IMG/VR virus record: IMGVR_UViG_3300008107_000012
DNA: 64,000 nucleotides
Source of the DNA: a virus
Direction: 5' to 3' (one strand)
Part shown: positions 1-9,571 of the stretch, one piece after another
Numbering within the stretch: the stretch's first letter is position 1
Layout: every line of letters starts with the position of its first letter
Notes under the pieces: model-generated
What the model was told of the DNA's origin: nothing
The model's database searches: none
Seen by the model: only the letters and a program-made list of their open reading frames with translations
Made by a program: the position numbers and the translations under genes

Positions 1-1
1 A

Positions 2-130
2 GTCATTACAACTCAACAAGCACTCAACGAACAGTGTGGGACTAACTACAACTTCTTCCAAGTTGCTACTGCGGGTGATAATCTTTCCCGTCTTTGCCAA
101 ATCAAAAATCAAACGGTGACTATCAAATGA
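2..130 (+). CDS. 3' end of hypothetical protein (partial)
   Basis: Open frame VITTQQALNEQC...TVTIK*; stop overlaps next ATG (ATGA). Confidence 0.6.
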   Translation, partial: VITTQQALNEQCGTNYNFFQVATAGDNLSRLCQIKNQTVTIK

Positions 131-327
131 CTTACTCTATTACTCAAGAAATCCGTATTCATCACGACGATGGTTGGTTCTACCAATTTACTGATGATGG
201 TGAAGGTCTTGTAGAGATTACTCAATATACAACTCACGGAGTTGAAGAAACTAAAACAGGGGAACATTTTTATATTTCCAAAGATTGTATTGATACTTTT
301 ATTCGTGTTCTGGAGCAACTGAAATGA
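127..327 (+). CDS. hypothetical protein
   Basis: ORF track; ATG 127 coupled to upstream stop. Confidence 0.7.
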   Translation: MTYSITQEIRIHHDDGWFYQFTDDGEGLVEITQYTTHGVEETKTGEHFYISKDCIDTFIRVLEQLK

Positions 328-659
328 CTATCAAAACAACTGAACTTCTCAAACTCTTCACCAAAGTAGAAAAACTTGGATTGAGTGTTAATGTTCGTGA
401 AGACAAAGATGGTGATTATGTAATCAAAATCTTCAATATGTTTGAGTTTGATAGCAAATTTGAACCTTATAAGGTAGTTATTACTCAAACAGGTGAGAGT
501 GATTGGAATAAGGGAAATTTTTATTATTTTGATTGTATGATGGATATTCTTGATGAAATGTTAGAAAAACAAAAGCAAAAAGAAATCAAAGAACAAAAAC
601 GACAAGAATTGATTGCTAAACTTACTCCAGAGGAACGAGAACTTTTAAATCTAAACTAA
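324..659 (+). CDS. hypothetical protein, paralog of 6979..7365
   Basis: ORF; C-terminal ELIAKLTPEERELL shared with KVLAKLTQRERELL. Confidence 0.75.
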   Translation: MTIKTTELLKLFTKVEKLGLSVNVREDKDGDYVIKIFNMFEFDSKFEPYKVVITQTGESDWNKGNFYYFDCMMDILDEMLEKQKQKEIKEQKRQELIAKLTPEERELLNLN

Positions 660-666
660 ATAGAAA

Positions 667-725
667 TGTCTGTTGGTACGGCAATACTCTACGGACAGAT
701 TAGGTGCTCTTATGGGCACCTTTTC
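667..725 (+). ncRNA. candidate small RNA antisense to leader of downstream endonuclease (copy 1)
   Basis: TAAATA 657-662; stem 667-673/691-697; terminator 702-725; 669-683 pairs with 741-755. Confidence 0.6.
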
Positions 726-728
726 TAT

Positions 729-736
729 TATAAATA
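729..736 (+). promoter_or_regulatory. T4-type late promoter TATAAATA
   Basis: Exact gp55 consensus 25 nt before ATG 762. Confidence 0.8.
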
Positions 737-761
737 ATAATGCCGTACCAGTAGAATAGAA

Positions 762-1454
762 ATGACTTACCAAAGTCCAAGAATATATTTGTATAAAATT
801 ACCTTTGAAGAGGTTCCGTATTATTACTACGGAGTTCATAAGGAAAAATACTTTAATGAGGAATATTGGGGTTCTCCACAAACTCATAAATGGGTGTGGG
901 ATTTTTATACTCCAAAGAAACAAATACTTCAGGTGTTTTCTTATACTGATGAAGGTTGGTTGGAAGCAAATAATATTGAACGAAGAATAATAAAACCATT
1001 TCTTAATGATAATTTATGTTTAAATGAAGGATGTGCTGGTGCTTTTTCATTTAAAATTGCAAGTGATGCTGGTAAAATGGGAGGACAAAAAACCTATGAA
1101 ATGAAAGTTGGAGTTCACGGAAGAAATGAAGAACAACGAAAAATAGATGCTAAAAAAGGTGGAACTATAGGTGGAAAAATAGCATATAAAATGAAAGTTG
1201 GAGTTCACGGAAGAACCAAAGAACAAAGAAAGATTGATGCTAAAAAAGGTGGAAATGTTGGTGGAAAAATAGCAGTAGAACTTGGATTGGGTATTCACGC
1301 ACTTACTACAGAACAAAGAAGAGAAAATGCTAAAAAAGTTTCCTCACAGAAATGGATGTGTAAAGAAACTGGATTTATAAGTAATGCTGGGGCACTTACT
1401 CATTATCAAAGAAATAGAGGTATAGACACTTCCAAAAGAGTTAGAATAGAATAA
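762..1454 (+). CDS. GIY-YIG-like homing endonuclease with 30-aa tandem repeats
   Basis: N-terminal IYLYKI..YYYGVH, later E and N catalytic-like residues; 90-bp repeats at 1101 and 1191. Confidence 0.7.
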   Translation: MTYQSPRIYLYKITFEEVPYYYYGVHKEKYFNEEYWGSPQTHKWVWDFYTPKKQILQVFSYTDEGWLEANNIERRIIKPFLNDNLCLNEGCAGAFSFKIASDAGKMGGQKTYEMKVGVHGRNEEQRKIDAKKGGTIGGKIAYKMKVGVHGRTKEQRKIDAKKGGNVGGKIAVELGLGIHALTTEQRRENAKKVSSQKWMCKETGFISNAGALTHYQRNRGIDTSKRVRIE

Positions 1455-1455
1455 A

Positions 1456-1513
1456 GGACACTTCCCAAACTGGAACACAGGCACTTGAAAACGGGTGCCT
1501 GATGCCTTATAAT
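1456..1513 (+). promoter_or_regulatory. early promoter cassette (degenerate palindrome + TTGAAA-17-TATAAT)
   Basis: GGACACTTCCCAAACTGGAACA 1456-1477; -35 1485-1490; -10 1508-1513. Confidence 0.8.
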
Positions 1514-1535
1514 ACTCTCATAAGCAACCAAACCG

Positions 1536-1670
1536 ATGACTAACACACATATTCCAAGAGAGGCAAGGATTTATTTTGAGTTAGCAGAACGGGCATATCA
1601 AAACTTTGATTATAAAAAATCTATTGAATATAGAAAACTAGCACAAAAAGAAATTGAGAAACTGAAATGA
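1536..1670 (+). CDS. small hypothetical protein (44 aa)
   Basis: MTNTHIPREARIYF...; first ORF after promoter, coupled to next. Confidence 0.6.
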   Translation: MTNTHIPREARIYFELAERAYQNFDYKKSIEYRKLAQKEIEKLK

Positions 1671-1990
1671 CTGCCTTCACTTACAAAGGATACGGACGCA
1701 TTTACACCAATCCAGAGCACATTCAAGTTGTAGAGGATATTATCAAATTACTTGATGAGTTTGAGTGGGGTTATTATCCACAAGGACTTGTAGCATCTTG
1801 GGATAGGTATCCAAATGTTGAGTATGTTGGTAAGTTTGAACTGAATGGAGAAAAGTTCAAAGAGTTTTGTAAAAAAGCAGACATTCCTGTTTTTATCTTT
1901 GATGCTGGTATGAATGATTATCCTCGTGGTTATGTCAAAACTTTGAATAGAGAAGAAATCAAACAACTTTCTTATGGAGAACTGAAATGA
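1667..1990 (+). CDS. hypothetical protein
   Basis: ORF, ATGA coupling. Confidence 0.75.
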   Translation: MTAFTYKGYGRIYTNPEHIQVVEDIIKLLDEFEWGYYPQGLVASWDRYPNVEYVGKFELNGEKFKEFCKKADIPVFIFDAGMNDYPRGYVKTLNREEIKQLSYGELK

Positions 1991-2394
1991 CTAACCCAGA
2001 AATTATTGTAGAACGAAAAAAATATGGAAATTCTGATGCTATGGATTATACTATAAAAATGTTTCAACGACTTGATGAGAATACCGTGACGATTGATGGT
2101 GTGAAGTATAAGAGAGTAGAAGAACCAAAACCAAAAATGAATTTTCTATTTGATGGAAAGTTTGAGATTGTCTCTTATAATGGTGAGAATTATTATCGTC
2201 TTGAGTTTGATGATGAAAGTCATAGTTGGTATAAGAGAAGAGAGAAACTTGATGGTAATCTCCTGAAACAGATTACTGATGGTGAAACTCATCGTCTTCT
2301 TGAAGGTGTGTGGTTCAACGATGTGAAGAAGGGAAAGTATGATGATGTAGTTGATGAACCTTATAAAAATGTGAGAGCATATTGGAATGTCTGA
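1987..2394 (+). CDS. hypothetical protein
   Basis: ORF, ATGA coupling. Confidence 0.75.
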   Translation: MTNPEIIVERKKYGNSDAMDYTIKMFQRLDENTVTIDGVKYKRVEEPKPKMNFLFDGKFEIVSYNGENYYRLEFDDESHSWYKRREKLDGNLLKQITDGETHRLLEGVWFNDVKKGKYDDVVDEPYKNVRAYWNV

Positions 2395-2602
2395 CCTTGA
2401 AAAACTACTTGAAAAGTTTAATAATCGTCCAGCATCCTTATGGAATGTGATGAGATTTCAACTTGGTTTCTCTGTTGAGCAAAGTAATGAGATTGTATCA
2501 GCAGTAGAGGAATGGATGCCGAATGAGCACGACACGAACTCTTATGAATGGAACAAGTGTGTTAGAATGTTGAGAGAACGACTTTGGGACCAACCAGAAT
2601 GA
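2387..2602 (+). CDS. hypothetical protein
   Basis: ORF in operon. Confidence 0.7.
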   Translation: MSDLEKLLEKFNNRPASLWNVMRFQLGFSVEQSNEIVSAVEEWMPNEHDTNSYEWNKCVRMLRERLWDQPE

Positions 2603-3081
2603 ACGATGAAATGCCTTGGGTTAATCTCACACAAAAAGAAGTTGATGAACTCCGCAAACAAAAGCATACCCTTACTGAATACGGCAAAGAGAAACTTCGC
2701 AAGATGATGAACAACTGCATTCCTGATGATGATGTGATTGAAGAAATGGTGAATGTAAAACTCACCGAAGAGAAGAAAGAAGAACTTGAACGATTGAGAA
2801 GGAGAGAAACAGTTCTTTCACGATACAATCACTTCTATAATGATGAGTGTTCTGGTATGCCTCACGGCACACCAATCACACCAGAACATATGCAGGCACT
2901 CGCACTTGAATGTATGGTTGATGCTCTTATTTGTGAAAATATGAATGTAGAGTATAATGCCATTGCTATTGATGATATTAAGGATTTGATTGCACGATTG
3001 TATCAGCAGAGTAATGAGTATCTTAAAAGAGTACAAGAGAGAGTACAAGAGTTCAAAGATAGTGCTGATGGAGTAGCATAA
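2599..3081 (+). CDS. hypothetical protein
   Basis: ORF; ATG 2599 coupled. Confidence 0.7.
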   Translation: MNDEMPWVNLTQKEVDELRKQKHTLTEYGKEKLRKMMNNCIPDDDVIEEMVNVKLTEEKKEELERLRRRETVLSRYNHFYNDECSGMPHGTPITPEHMQALALECMVDALICENMNVEYNAIAIDDIKDLIARLYQQSNEYLKRVQERVQEFKDSADGVA

Positions 3082-3230
3082 TGAACCTTACTTACCGACA
3101 ACTTATTCTTTTGACGACTGCGATTACTGTGTTCTATGATGAGGTCGCAAAGACATCCACACCTGAAATGAAACAGGAACTAATGGAACTCTCACAGATT
3201 GTTCAAAATGCTGCTATGGAGGCAAAATGA
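3081..3230 (+). CDS. small hypothetical protein
   Basis: MNLTYRQLILL...; coupled both sides. Confidence 0.6.
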   Translation: MNLTYRQLILLTTAITVFYDEVAKTSTPEMKQELMELSQIVQNAAMEAK

Positions 3231-3421
3231 GTATAATGCCACGATTTATCAAAAATCCCGATGAGATTATTCTGGAAGATGTGAAGATGGTTCATTATGA
3301 GGTGATGGAACAAGGTCGTGCTGTGTGGTTGGGTATCTATCTCAACAACGGCAAGATTTATCATCTGAATATTGGTGGTGATAATCTTTATGTGAACTAT
3401 AGTGATGAGAGTATGGAATAA
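3227..3421 (+). CDS. hypothetical protein
   Basis: ORF in operon. Confidence 0.65.
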   Translation: MSIMPRFIKNPDEIILEDVKMVHYEVMEQGRAVWLGIYLNNGKIYHLNIGGDNLYVNYSDESME

Positions 3422-3450
3422 ATACTCTTATGTTTAGATAGTTATTATAA

Positions 3451-4143
3451 GTGGCATTAGCACACTCACCATCCATAGTTACTAATGGTTTGGTCTTATG
3501 TTTAGATGCTGGTAATAGAAAGAGTTATCCTGGTTCTGGAACCACTTGGACTGATTTGAGTGGTCGTGGGAATAATGGAACTCTTACGAATGGACCGACT
3601 TATAGTACTTCTAATGGTGGGAGTATAGTTTTTGATGGTGTTGATGATAAAGGAACTTTTACTTCACCAATAAATTCATCATCACCCCAAACTTATGAAG
3701 TATGGACGAATGCAATAGCATCTGCGACTGCTACCGATAACTATGCATATATTCTTCATAATAATAATGTTGCTAATACAATAGGTTCTTCTTACTTAAC
3801 AATAGGAATTAAACCGACACAACAATATTTTGGATGTTTTAATGGTGCTCTTGCTACTATGGATGCAGGAACAGTAGCAAGTACATCAAATATTGTTCAA
3901 ATCGTCTTAAGTTGGGATGGCTCAACTCAAAATTTATATGTAAATGGAGTTTTGAAAGATTTTGAAGCACTTTCAGTTACACCTCAAAATTTTTCAACCA
4001 CAACATCATTTGGTGATGATAAATCAACTACTTATAGAATGATACAAGGTAGTATCTACTCTATAAAAATATACAACAGAGCCCTCACAGCATCAGAAAT
4101 CCAACAAAACTTCAACGCATTAAGAGGGAGGTTTGGTATCTAA
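3451..4143 (+). CDS. LamG/concanavalin A-like lectin domain virion protein
   Basis: GLVLCLDAGN..SYPGSGTTWTDLSG, FDGVDD, IYNRALTASEIQQNF; late promoter TAAATA 3419-3424. Confidence 0.8.
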   Translation: MALAHSPSIVTNGLVLCLDAGNRKSYPGSGTTWTDLSGRGNNGTLTNGPTYSTSNGGSIVFDGVDDKGTFTSPINSSSPQTYEVWTNAIASATATDNYAYILHNNNVANTIGSSYLTIGIKPTQQYFGCFNGALATMDAGTVASTSNIVQIVLSWDGSTQNLYVNGVLKDFEALSVTPQNFSTTTSFGDDKSTTYRMIQGSIYSIKIYNRALTASEIQQNFNALRGRFGI

Positions 4144-4889
4144 TGGCAATAACTTATGGTGGTGATTTAGCAATTCTATTAAAAATCCCAATACAAGCAA
4201 GTTGTGCATATTCATTAAGAAAGATTGGTGCATATTCAGGAAGTCTTATAAAAGTTAGACGCAGTAGTGATAATACCGAACAAGATATTGGAATACTTAA
4301 TGGGTCACTTGATGAAACTTCTCTTTTGAATTTTTGTGGTTCTGGTGATGGATTTGTAAGTGTTTGGTACGATCAATCTGGTAATGCTAGAAATGCAACA
4401 CAAACAACAACATCTACACAACCAATAATAGTTAGTTCTGGAGTTATTGAAAAGAAAAACAATAGACCTGCTATTAAATTTACTGGAACACAATTATTAT
4501 CTTCTCCAACGATAGCATTTGGAACCACATTTACTGTTTTTCAAAGATCTACAACAAACCAAGTTATCTCAGAATTAGTTGGAGCAGCAAATAATAGAGG
4601 ATTGATTGCTGGTTCTAGTGGTAATTCTACATATTGGACTCACGATCAATATGCTGTAAATGGTGGAAGTCTTTCAGCAAATCAACCAAATGCTGCTGTT
4701 GGGTCTACGTTGTTTCAAGTAACGGGAGCAGGTCTCAAAGAAACATCTCGTTCGCATCAAATAGGTTTTGGTAGTCCATCTTGGGAATCTTTGATTGGGT
4801 ATTTACCTGAACTTATAATATATCCTACTGATATATCAAGTTTAAGAAGAGGAATTGAGATCAACCAAATGAGATATTACGGAATCTAA
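4143..4889 (+). CDS. ConA/LamG-like fold protein
   Basis: AYSLRK..VRRSSDN.EQDIG, VSVWYDQSGN, ELIIY. Confidence 0.7.
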   Translation: MAITYGGDLAILLKIPIQASCAYSLRKIGAYSGSLIKVRRSSDNTEQDIGILNGSLDETSLLNFCGSGDGFVSVWYDQSGNARNATQTTTSTQPIIVSSGVIEKKNNRPAIKFTGTQLLSSPTIAFGTTFTVFQRSTTNQVISELVGAANNRGLIAGSSGNSTYWTHDQYAVNGGSLSANQPNAAVGSTLFQVTGAGLKETSRSHQIGFGSPSWESLIGYLPELIIYPTDISSLRRGIEINQMRYYGI

Positions 4890-4911
4890 ATACCTAAAAA
4901 CAGAGAGTAAG

Positions 4912-5445
4912 ATGGGTGTTTTTGCTGGGCCTGCATCTCAAGGTGATTTTTTATATGATGCTGGATTGTTTGGAAAGAGATATAATGGATATTATGCGGA
5001 TAATGTTTCTTATTTTACTAAAGTAAGACAGCAAGGAGATACAAATACAACAACATCTATCAATAGTTTTACAAGTAGTGCTGATTCTTATAGTTGGATG
5101 TGGTTGGGATATTTTTTAGCACCTTCAACAGGAACTTATACATTTTACACATCGTCAGACGATGCAAGTCATCTGTGGATTGGTTCTAATGCTTTAGTTG
5201 GATTCACAACAACAAATGCTACAGTAAATAATGGTGGTTTGCACGGAGTTCTGGAGTTAAGTGGAACAACAACATTAACTGCTGGTGAATATTATCCTAT
5301 GAGAGTTGTGTTTGGAGAAAACGGTGGTGGAGATATTATTACGGTATCTTTTGCAGGTCCATCAATCACAAAAACCACAAATGGTTCTGGATATTATTTT
5401 GGTGGTAAAAGATTGTGGGAAATACTTGAAAAAGAAAATGTATGA
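4912..5445 (+). CDS. PA14/GLEYA-like carbohydrate-binding domain protein
   Basis: W.GYFLAP.TGTYTF.T.SDDASHLWIG, YYPMRVVFGENGGG; TAAATA 4887-4892. Confidence 0.8.
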   Translation: MGVFAGPASQGDFLYDAGLFGKRYNGYYADNVSYFTKVRQQGDTNTTTSINSFTSSADSYSWMWLGYFLAPSTGTYTFYTSSDDASHLWIGSNALVGFTTTNATVNNGGLHGVLELSGTTTLTAGEYYPMRVVFGENGGGDIITVSFAGPSITKTTNGSGYYFGGKRLWEILEKENV

Positions 5446-5499
5446 CACTTTCCAAACTGTCCACTGGGTGCCCACAAGGCACCTTTTTAATGCTATAAT
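5443..5499 (+). promoter_or_regulatory. early promoter cassette with embedded terminator hairpin
   Basis: TGACACTTTCCAAACTGTCCA; GGGTGCC-CACAA-GGCACC-TTTTT; TGcTATAAT 5494-5499. Confidence 0.75.
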
Positions 5500-5518
5500 A
5501 CTCTTATGAAACCCAAGA

Positions 5519-5821
5519 ATGATGAACCTTCTTCAACGATACAAGAACTACACACGCAAGCAGTATAATCGTTACTGTTATGATGGTGATTTTGAACCTC
5601 ATTTCAGGTGGAACCCATTTGATACAAACAACGATTGGGTGTATGATAATGATAAGTGGAGACACTTTATCTGGGGATTTCAAAATATAGCAAATGCTTG
5701 GGAGGCGTGGTCTTATTGGATGAGAGATAAGAAGTATTCTTATAAACTTCCTTATGCACTTTGGAGTGAGTTGAATGATGGTTATATGCAAATGGAAGTT
5801 TATTGTTGGACGAAGAAATGA
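5519..5821 (+). CDS. hypothetical Trp-rich protein
   Basis: ORF after promoter. Confidence 0.65.
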   Translation: MMNLLQRYKNYTRKQYNRYCYDGDFEPHFRWNPFDTNNDWVYDNDKWRHFIWGFQNIANAWEAWSYWMRDKKYSYKLPYALWSELNDGYMQMEVYCWTKK

Positions 5822-6150
5822 ACTTCCATAAACTCATCATAAACAATAGATTACTACGATACACAGCATTCTGGTGGTGGTTTCGTTTGATTTCTCATAA
5901 GGGTTTCAGGTTTGATGATTATCACATTTGGGGTTCATTCTGGAGTTCCTTGAATGGTGGTTGGTTAGATATGAACTACAAATGGGAGTTTGAGAAGTTT
6001 TTTGGTAAGGGAGCAAAACCAGAGAGGATTGTATTACCTGCAAAGGACTTTGACGCACTTGTGGATAGAATAAATGAACCCCCTCAGTATAATGAACGAC
6101 TTGCTGAAATCTTAAAAAAGGTTCCGCCTTGGGAAAGGACAGACGACTGA
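5818..6150 (+). CDS. hypothetical protein
   Basis: ORF coupled by ATGA. Confidence 0.65.
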   Translation: MNFHKLIINNRLLRYTAFWWWFRLISHKGFRFDDYHIWGSFWSSLNGGWLDMNYKWEFEKFFGKGAKPERIVLPAKDFDALVDRINEPPQYNERLAEILKKVPPWERTDD

Positions 6151-6194
6151 CTGGCACACTGAGCACTCTCTGAGACCTTCAGGGATGCTATGAT
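6137..6194 (+). promoter_or_regulatory. early promoter cassette
   Basis: GGACAG..ACTGGCACA 6137-6158; TGcTATGAT 6189-6194. Confidence 0.7.
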
Positions 6195-6217
6195 ACTCTT
6201 GAAAACACAAACACATT

Positions 6218-6661
6218 ATGGGTTATTACATCGCAATTGGAAATGCAGTTCCTCAATTCAGTAAGGAAGATGGATATCTTTATGCTGGTTGGGATGTAGA
6301 AAAAACCTCCAACGAAAACGCACCTGTTTTTCCTGGAGACCATGCCACAGGAAATAAGAATATTCGTCTTCCTTCTTATAGTGGGTGGTCGGACTTTTGT
6401 GATAAAGTAGGTTTGTATGATTTGTTCTATGATAGAAGTGAAGGATTGTTTTGTCAGCATCCTGGTTGTGTAATGATTACTCAAGAACACTACCAGACAG
6501 TTGCCGATGCTCTTGAAGAATATAAGAAACACGCAAAACGACCTCCTGGTTATGATGACTTTGGAAACTATGATTATGACCTTGCCCGACTGATGTGGTT
6601 GGAATATTGGATGAAATGGGCACTTGAAAACTGTGAAACTCCCGCAATCTACAATTCCTGA
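6218..6661 (+). CDS. hypothetical protein
   Basis: ORF after promoter. Confidence 0.8.
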   Translation: MGYYIAIGNAVPQFSKEDGYLYAGWDVEKTSNENAPVFPGDHATGNKNIRLPSYSGWSDFCDKVGLYDLFYDRSEGLFCQHPGCVMITQEHYQTVADALEEYKKHAKRPPGYDDFGNYDYDLARLMWLEYWMKWALENCETPAIYNS

Positions 6662-6670
6662 GGACACCTG

Positions 6671-6898
6671 ATGAACGAATCTAAACTCACAGATAAAGAC
6701 TTTATGCAAGCATATGGAGAGTCTGCTGGAATTGGTGGAAGGTTTCTTCTTCTCTTTTTGGGACTTTTTGTTGCTATTTTTGGATTTTTCTTTCCTGGAT
6801 ATACTATTCACCGAGTAATGCAAATCTTTAAGCAAGCATCAAATTATGGTGATGGTGCGGTAAAAGAAATGTTTTCTCTCACCAAAGAATATTTTTGA
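6671..6898 (+). CDS. hypothetical membrane protein
   Basis: One hydrophobic segment. Confidence 0.65.
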   Translation: MNESKLTDKDFMQAYGESAGIGGRFLLLFLGLFVAIFGFFFPGYTIHRVMQIFKQASNYGDGAVKEMFSLTKEYF

Positions 6899-6956
6899 GA
6901 CCCCTTGAGAAACTGGTACAAGGGCACTTGAAACCGAGTGCCTTTTGTCGTATAAT
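6899..6956 (+). promoter_or_regulatory. early promoter cassette (TTGAAA-17-TATAAT)
   Basis: AACTGGTACA; -35 6928-6933; -10 6951-6956. Confidence 0.75.
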
Positions 6957-6978
6957 GACTTTATGAATAAAAAATTTG

Positions 6979-7365
6979 ATGAACCTAACACAATTTTTTG
7001 ATGCTTTAATCAAACTTAAAAAATATGGATATAAAATCTATTCTATTGATGAAGGCAATAAATCCTATTATGTAAGATTTACTTGTGCTGATGTCTGCTC
7101 TGGACTTGCCTTTGGTGGAGTTCAGTATGATATTGAGTTTTATAAAGGTTCTACTCAACCATTTTTTCCTCATAAAGTTTATAAGATGGTAGTATCAAGA
7201 ATGGAATATGTTATGGATACTGCTAAAGATATTCATAGTATTGATGAGGCAGTTGATTTTATTATTGCTGATATTCAAAAACTTGAAGAAAAACTAAAAG
7301 AAAAAGAACGACAAAAAGTTCTTGCTAAACTTACTCAAAGAGAAAGAGAACTACTGGGTGTTTGA
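6979..7365 (+). CDS. hypothetical protein, paralog of 324..659
   Basis: Shared C-terminal LAKLT.RERELL. Confidence 0.75.
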   Translation: MNLTQFFDALIKLKKYGYKIYSIDEGNKSYYVRFTCADVCSGLAFGGVQYDIEFYKGSTQPFFPHKVYKMVVSRMEYVMDTAKDIHSIDEAVDFIIADIQKLEEKLKEKERQKVLAKLTQRERELLGV

Positions 7366-7367
7366 TT

Positions 7368-7568
7368 ATGAGGATTAGAGGATTTGTTATTTTCTTTGTA
7401 GGACTTGGAGTTCTTGCATTTCTTATGAATGGTGCTGCGAACTGGTTGGAAATGCAACCAACACCACAAGACGAAAGATTTAAGGTTGTGGATAAATATC
7501 GTGGTTGTGAGGTTGTGAGATATACACCTCAAAATGACGCAAAGTATCATTATCTAATGTATTGTTAA
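7368..7568 (+). CDS. hypothetical membrane-anchored protein
   Basis: N-terminal TM segment. Confidence 0.65.
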   Translation: MRIRGFVIFFVGLGVLAFLMNGAANWLEMQPTPQDERFKVVDKYRGCEVVRYTPQNDAKYHYLMYC

Positions 7569-7569
7569 A

Positions 7570-7788
7570 ATGACTGAAAAACGAACAGTAGAAGAGTTTA
7601 TTAAAGACCTTGAAGATTATTCATTTGAAGGTGATAGTATTGCTGTTGATGTAAATCTACTTCTTGAAGCAGTAGCAGAAGCACTAAATGGAAAACTTTA
7701 TACAGTTCTGGTGACTGATAAACACACCGAACATCGTAAGATTGTAATAGAATATGGAACTCACCGAAAAAGCAAAGATTTATCATAA
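7570..7788 (+). CDS. hypothetical protein
   Basis: ORF in operon. Confidence 0.65.
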   Translation: MTEKRTVEEFIKDLEDYSFEGDSIAVDVNLLLEAVAEALNGKLYTVLVTDKHTEHRKIVIEYGTHRKSKDLS

Positions 7789-7925
7789 TGTCTGGTGCTG
7801 TGCCTATCAACGCAGGCATATGTATCGTGGCACACTACGGGAATATGGAGAACACGATACAATACTGATGTGCCTAAAGATGAAAGATGCCAAATGGTGG
7901 CAATTTGATACGGAGAAACCTCATT

Positions 7926-8297
7926 ATGTTTAGCAAACCACTTTTAGGAACTGATAAGAATAAAGTTAAAATGAGTTGGTGGGATTATTGGGTTCTACAT
8001 TGCTGGATGACTGGATGGCAAAGTATTCGCAATAATTTCATTACTTGGATGGACTTGGTATGGTTTGAGGACAATCAAAAACATTATACTCTTCTAAAAG
8101 ATGATGTTCCATTTGAGCAGTGCTATACTGAATTCTGGTTTGTATTAAATGACGACGATGTATATCCAAAAGAGTTTCTTGAAAGTTTGATGCAAATGGC
8201 AGATGATGTAGAAACTGGTAAGGTAAAGGCAGTTCCTTTTGATATGAATATGGTCGATAGACTTAATGACCTTGTGGGAGATATGATTGATGAATGA
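7926..8297 (+). CDS. hypothetical protein
   Basis: ORF; likely start MFSKP. Confidence 0.7.
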   Translation: MFSKPLLGTDKNKVKMSWWDYWVLHCWMTGWQSIRNNFITWMDLVWFEDNQKHYTLLKDDVPFEQCYTEFWFVLNDDDVYPKEFLESLMQMADDVETGKVKAVPFDMNMVDRLNDLVGDMIDE

Positions 8298-8464
8298 AGC
8301 ACATTATGGGTATGTAATCAATACATACTGGGACCATCTTAATATGCTCTCAAAAATGAAAGATAAGAACCCACAACGATTTGAGGCATTTGAGTATTCG
8401 CAGACGCATATCTATGATATGATAGATAGACTACAACATCAGCAAAACTTGCAGGATTAGTGTT

Positions 8465-8878
8465 ATGGGGATGATGGATTTTTTTGTTTCCTCTTATAAT
8501 CTTGGGGAGCAATTTACGAATGTAGAACTCCAGACAAAGGAGATTGAGGATGGAATAGGAGGAACTCTTACAACTTATTGGTTGGACCCGAAAGGAGTGC
8601 TTTGGTATCCTGACTACAAAGGAACAAATACTTTTGAAATTATCCCCGAAGATGACCCACGATATGATGCTGATAGAAAGTTTCTAAACTTTGAATGGAT
8701 ACCGACAGGACAGAAAGGTAGGGTAAAACTTTGTGAGATTACAAAATATGTGACCGTATATTCATCAAATTGGAAAGGTGATTATAATGAATGGCCTGAA
8801 GTAAAGTTACATTTCCGCAGAGGAGTGTTACAAGATTATGAATACACTACAAAAAGTTGGAGACCCTCAACTACATAA
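8465..8878 (+). CDS. conserved phage hypothetical protein
   Basis: MGMMD..QTK motif, C-terminal HFRRGVL. Confidence 0.75.
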   Translation: MGMMDFFVSSYNLGEQFTNVELQTKEIEDGIGGTLTTYWLDPKGVLWYPDYKGTNTFEIIPEDDPRYDADRKFLNFEWIPTGQKGRVKLCEITKYVTVYSSNWKGDYNEWPEVKLHFRRGVLQDYEYTTKSWRPSTT

Positions 8879-9106
8879 GGTATAAAGTAATACGGAGGTT
8901 TGTGATGAGATTGTTTCTCGCAAATCTACTCCTAAAATATACAAAGTGTTATGCTTGCACTCAAGGCACATCAGTTTCTCTTATATGGAAGAGTGACTTA
9001 GATACATTCTCTTGGTCTCTTCACGCAAGCAGGGACAAACGTGTTATAATATCAAGGAACAACAAACTCATACAAGTCAAGCATCACCCAAAACATCACA
9101 AACATT

Positions 9107-9433
9107 ATGATTGATACCTCTTTGTTTCCTTATGAAAAGTTTCCTGTGCGATTGCAGTTTGGTGAAAAGAAAGAGATTTCAGTTTGCTGGTTTGAGTGTG
9201 ACGAGCACTTGCAAAAATACCTGAATCGGTATAAACTGGATAAGAGAACTATTAAGATTGATTATCGTGATGGAGAACCCGTTAAGTCTGGTAAAGCAAA
9301 CAAGAACAGTGTGGAATCGGGAACTAGAAAGACCAGTGGTAGAAGTACAGGTGGAAGTAAACGGAGCACCAAAAAGTTGGATACCCCTGGAACTTCTAGT
9401 CGCACTCGCAAATCTAAACCCAAATCAAAATGA
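9107..9433 (+). CDS. hypothetical protein with basic tail
   Basis: ORF. Confidence 0.65.
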   Translation: MIDTSLFPYEKFPVRLQFGEKKEISVCWFECDEHLQKYLNRYKLDKRTIKIDYRDGEPVKSGKANKNSVESGTRKTSGRSTGGSKRSTKKLDTPGTSSRTRKSKPKSK

Positions 9434-9571
9434 ACAAGAAGACAAAACTGCTGTTGGGACTACAACAAATTGATAATCTTGCCCGTCTTTTAGAGGGTAA
9501 TGAACAGAAACATTTTTTATATTCACATCTAAACTCACTAAACGTAGAACTCAAGAGGCAATTAAGTCATT

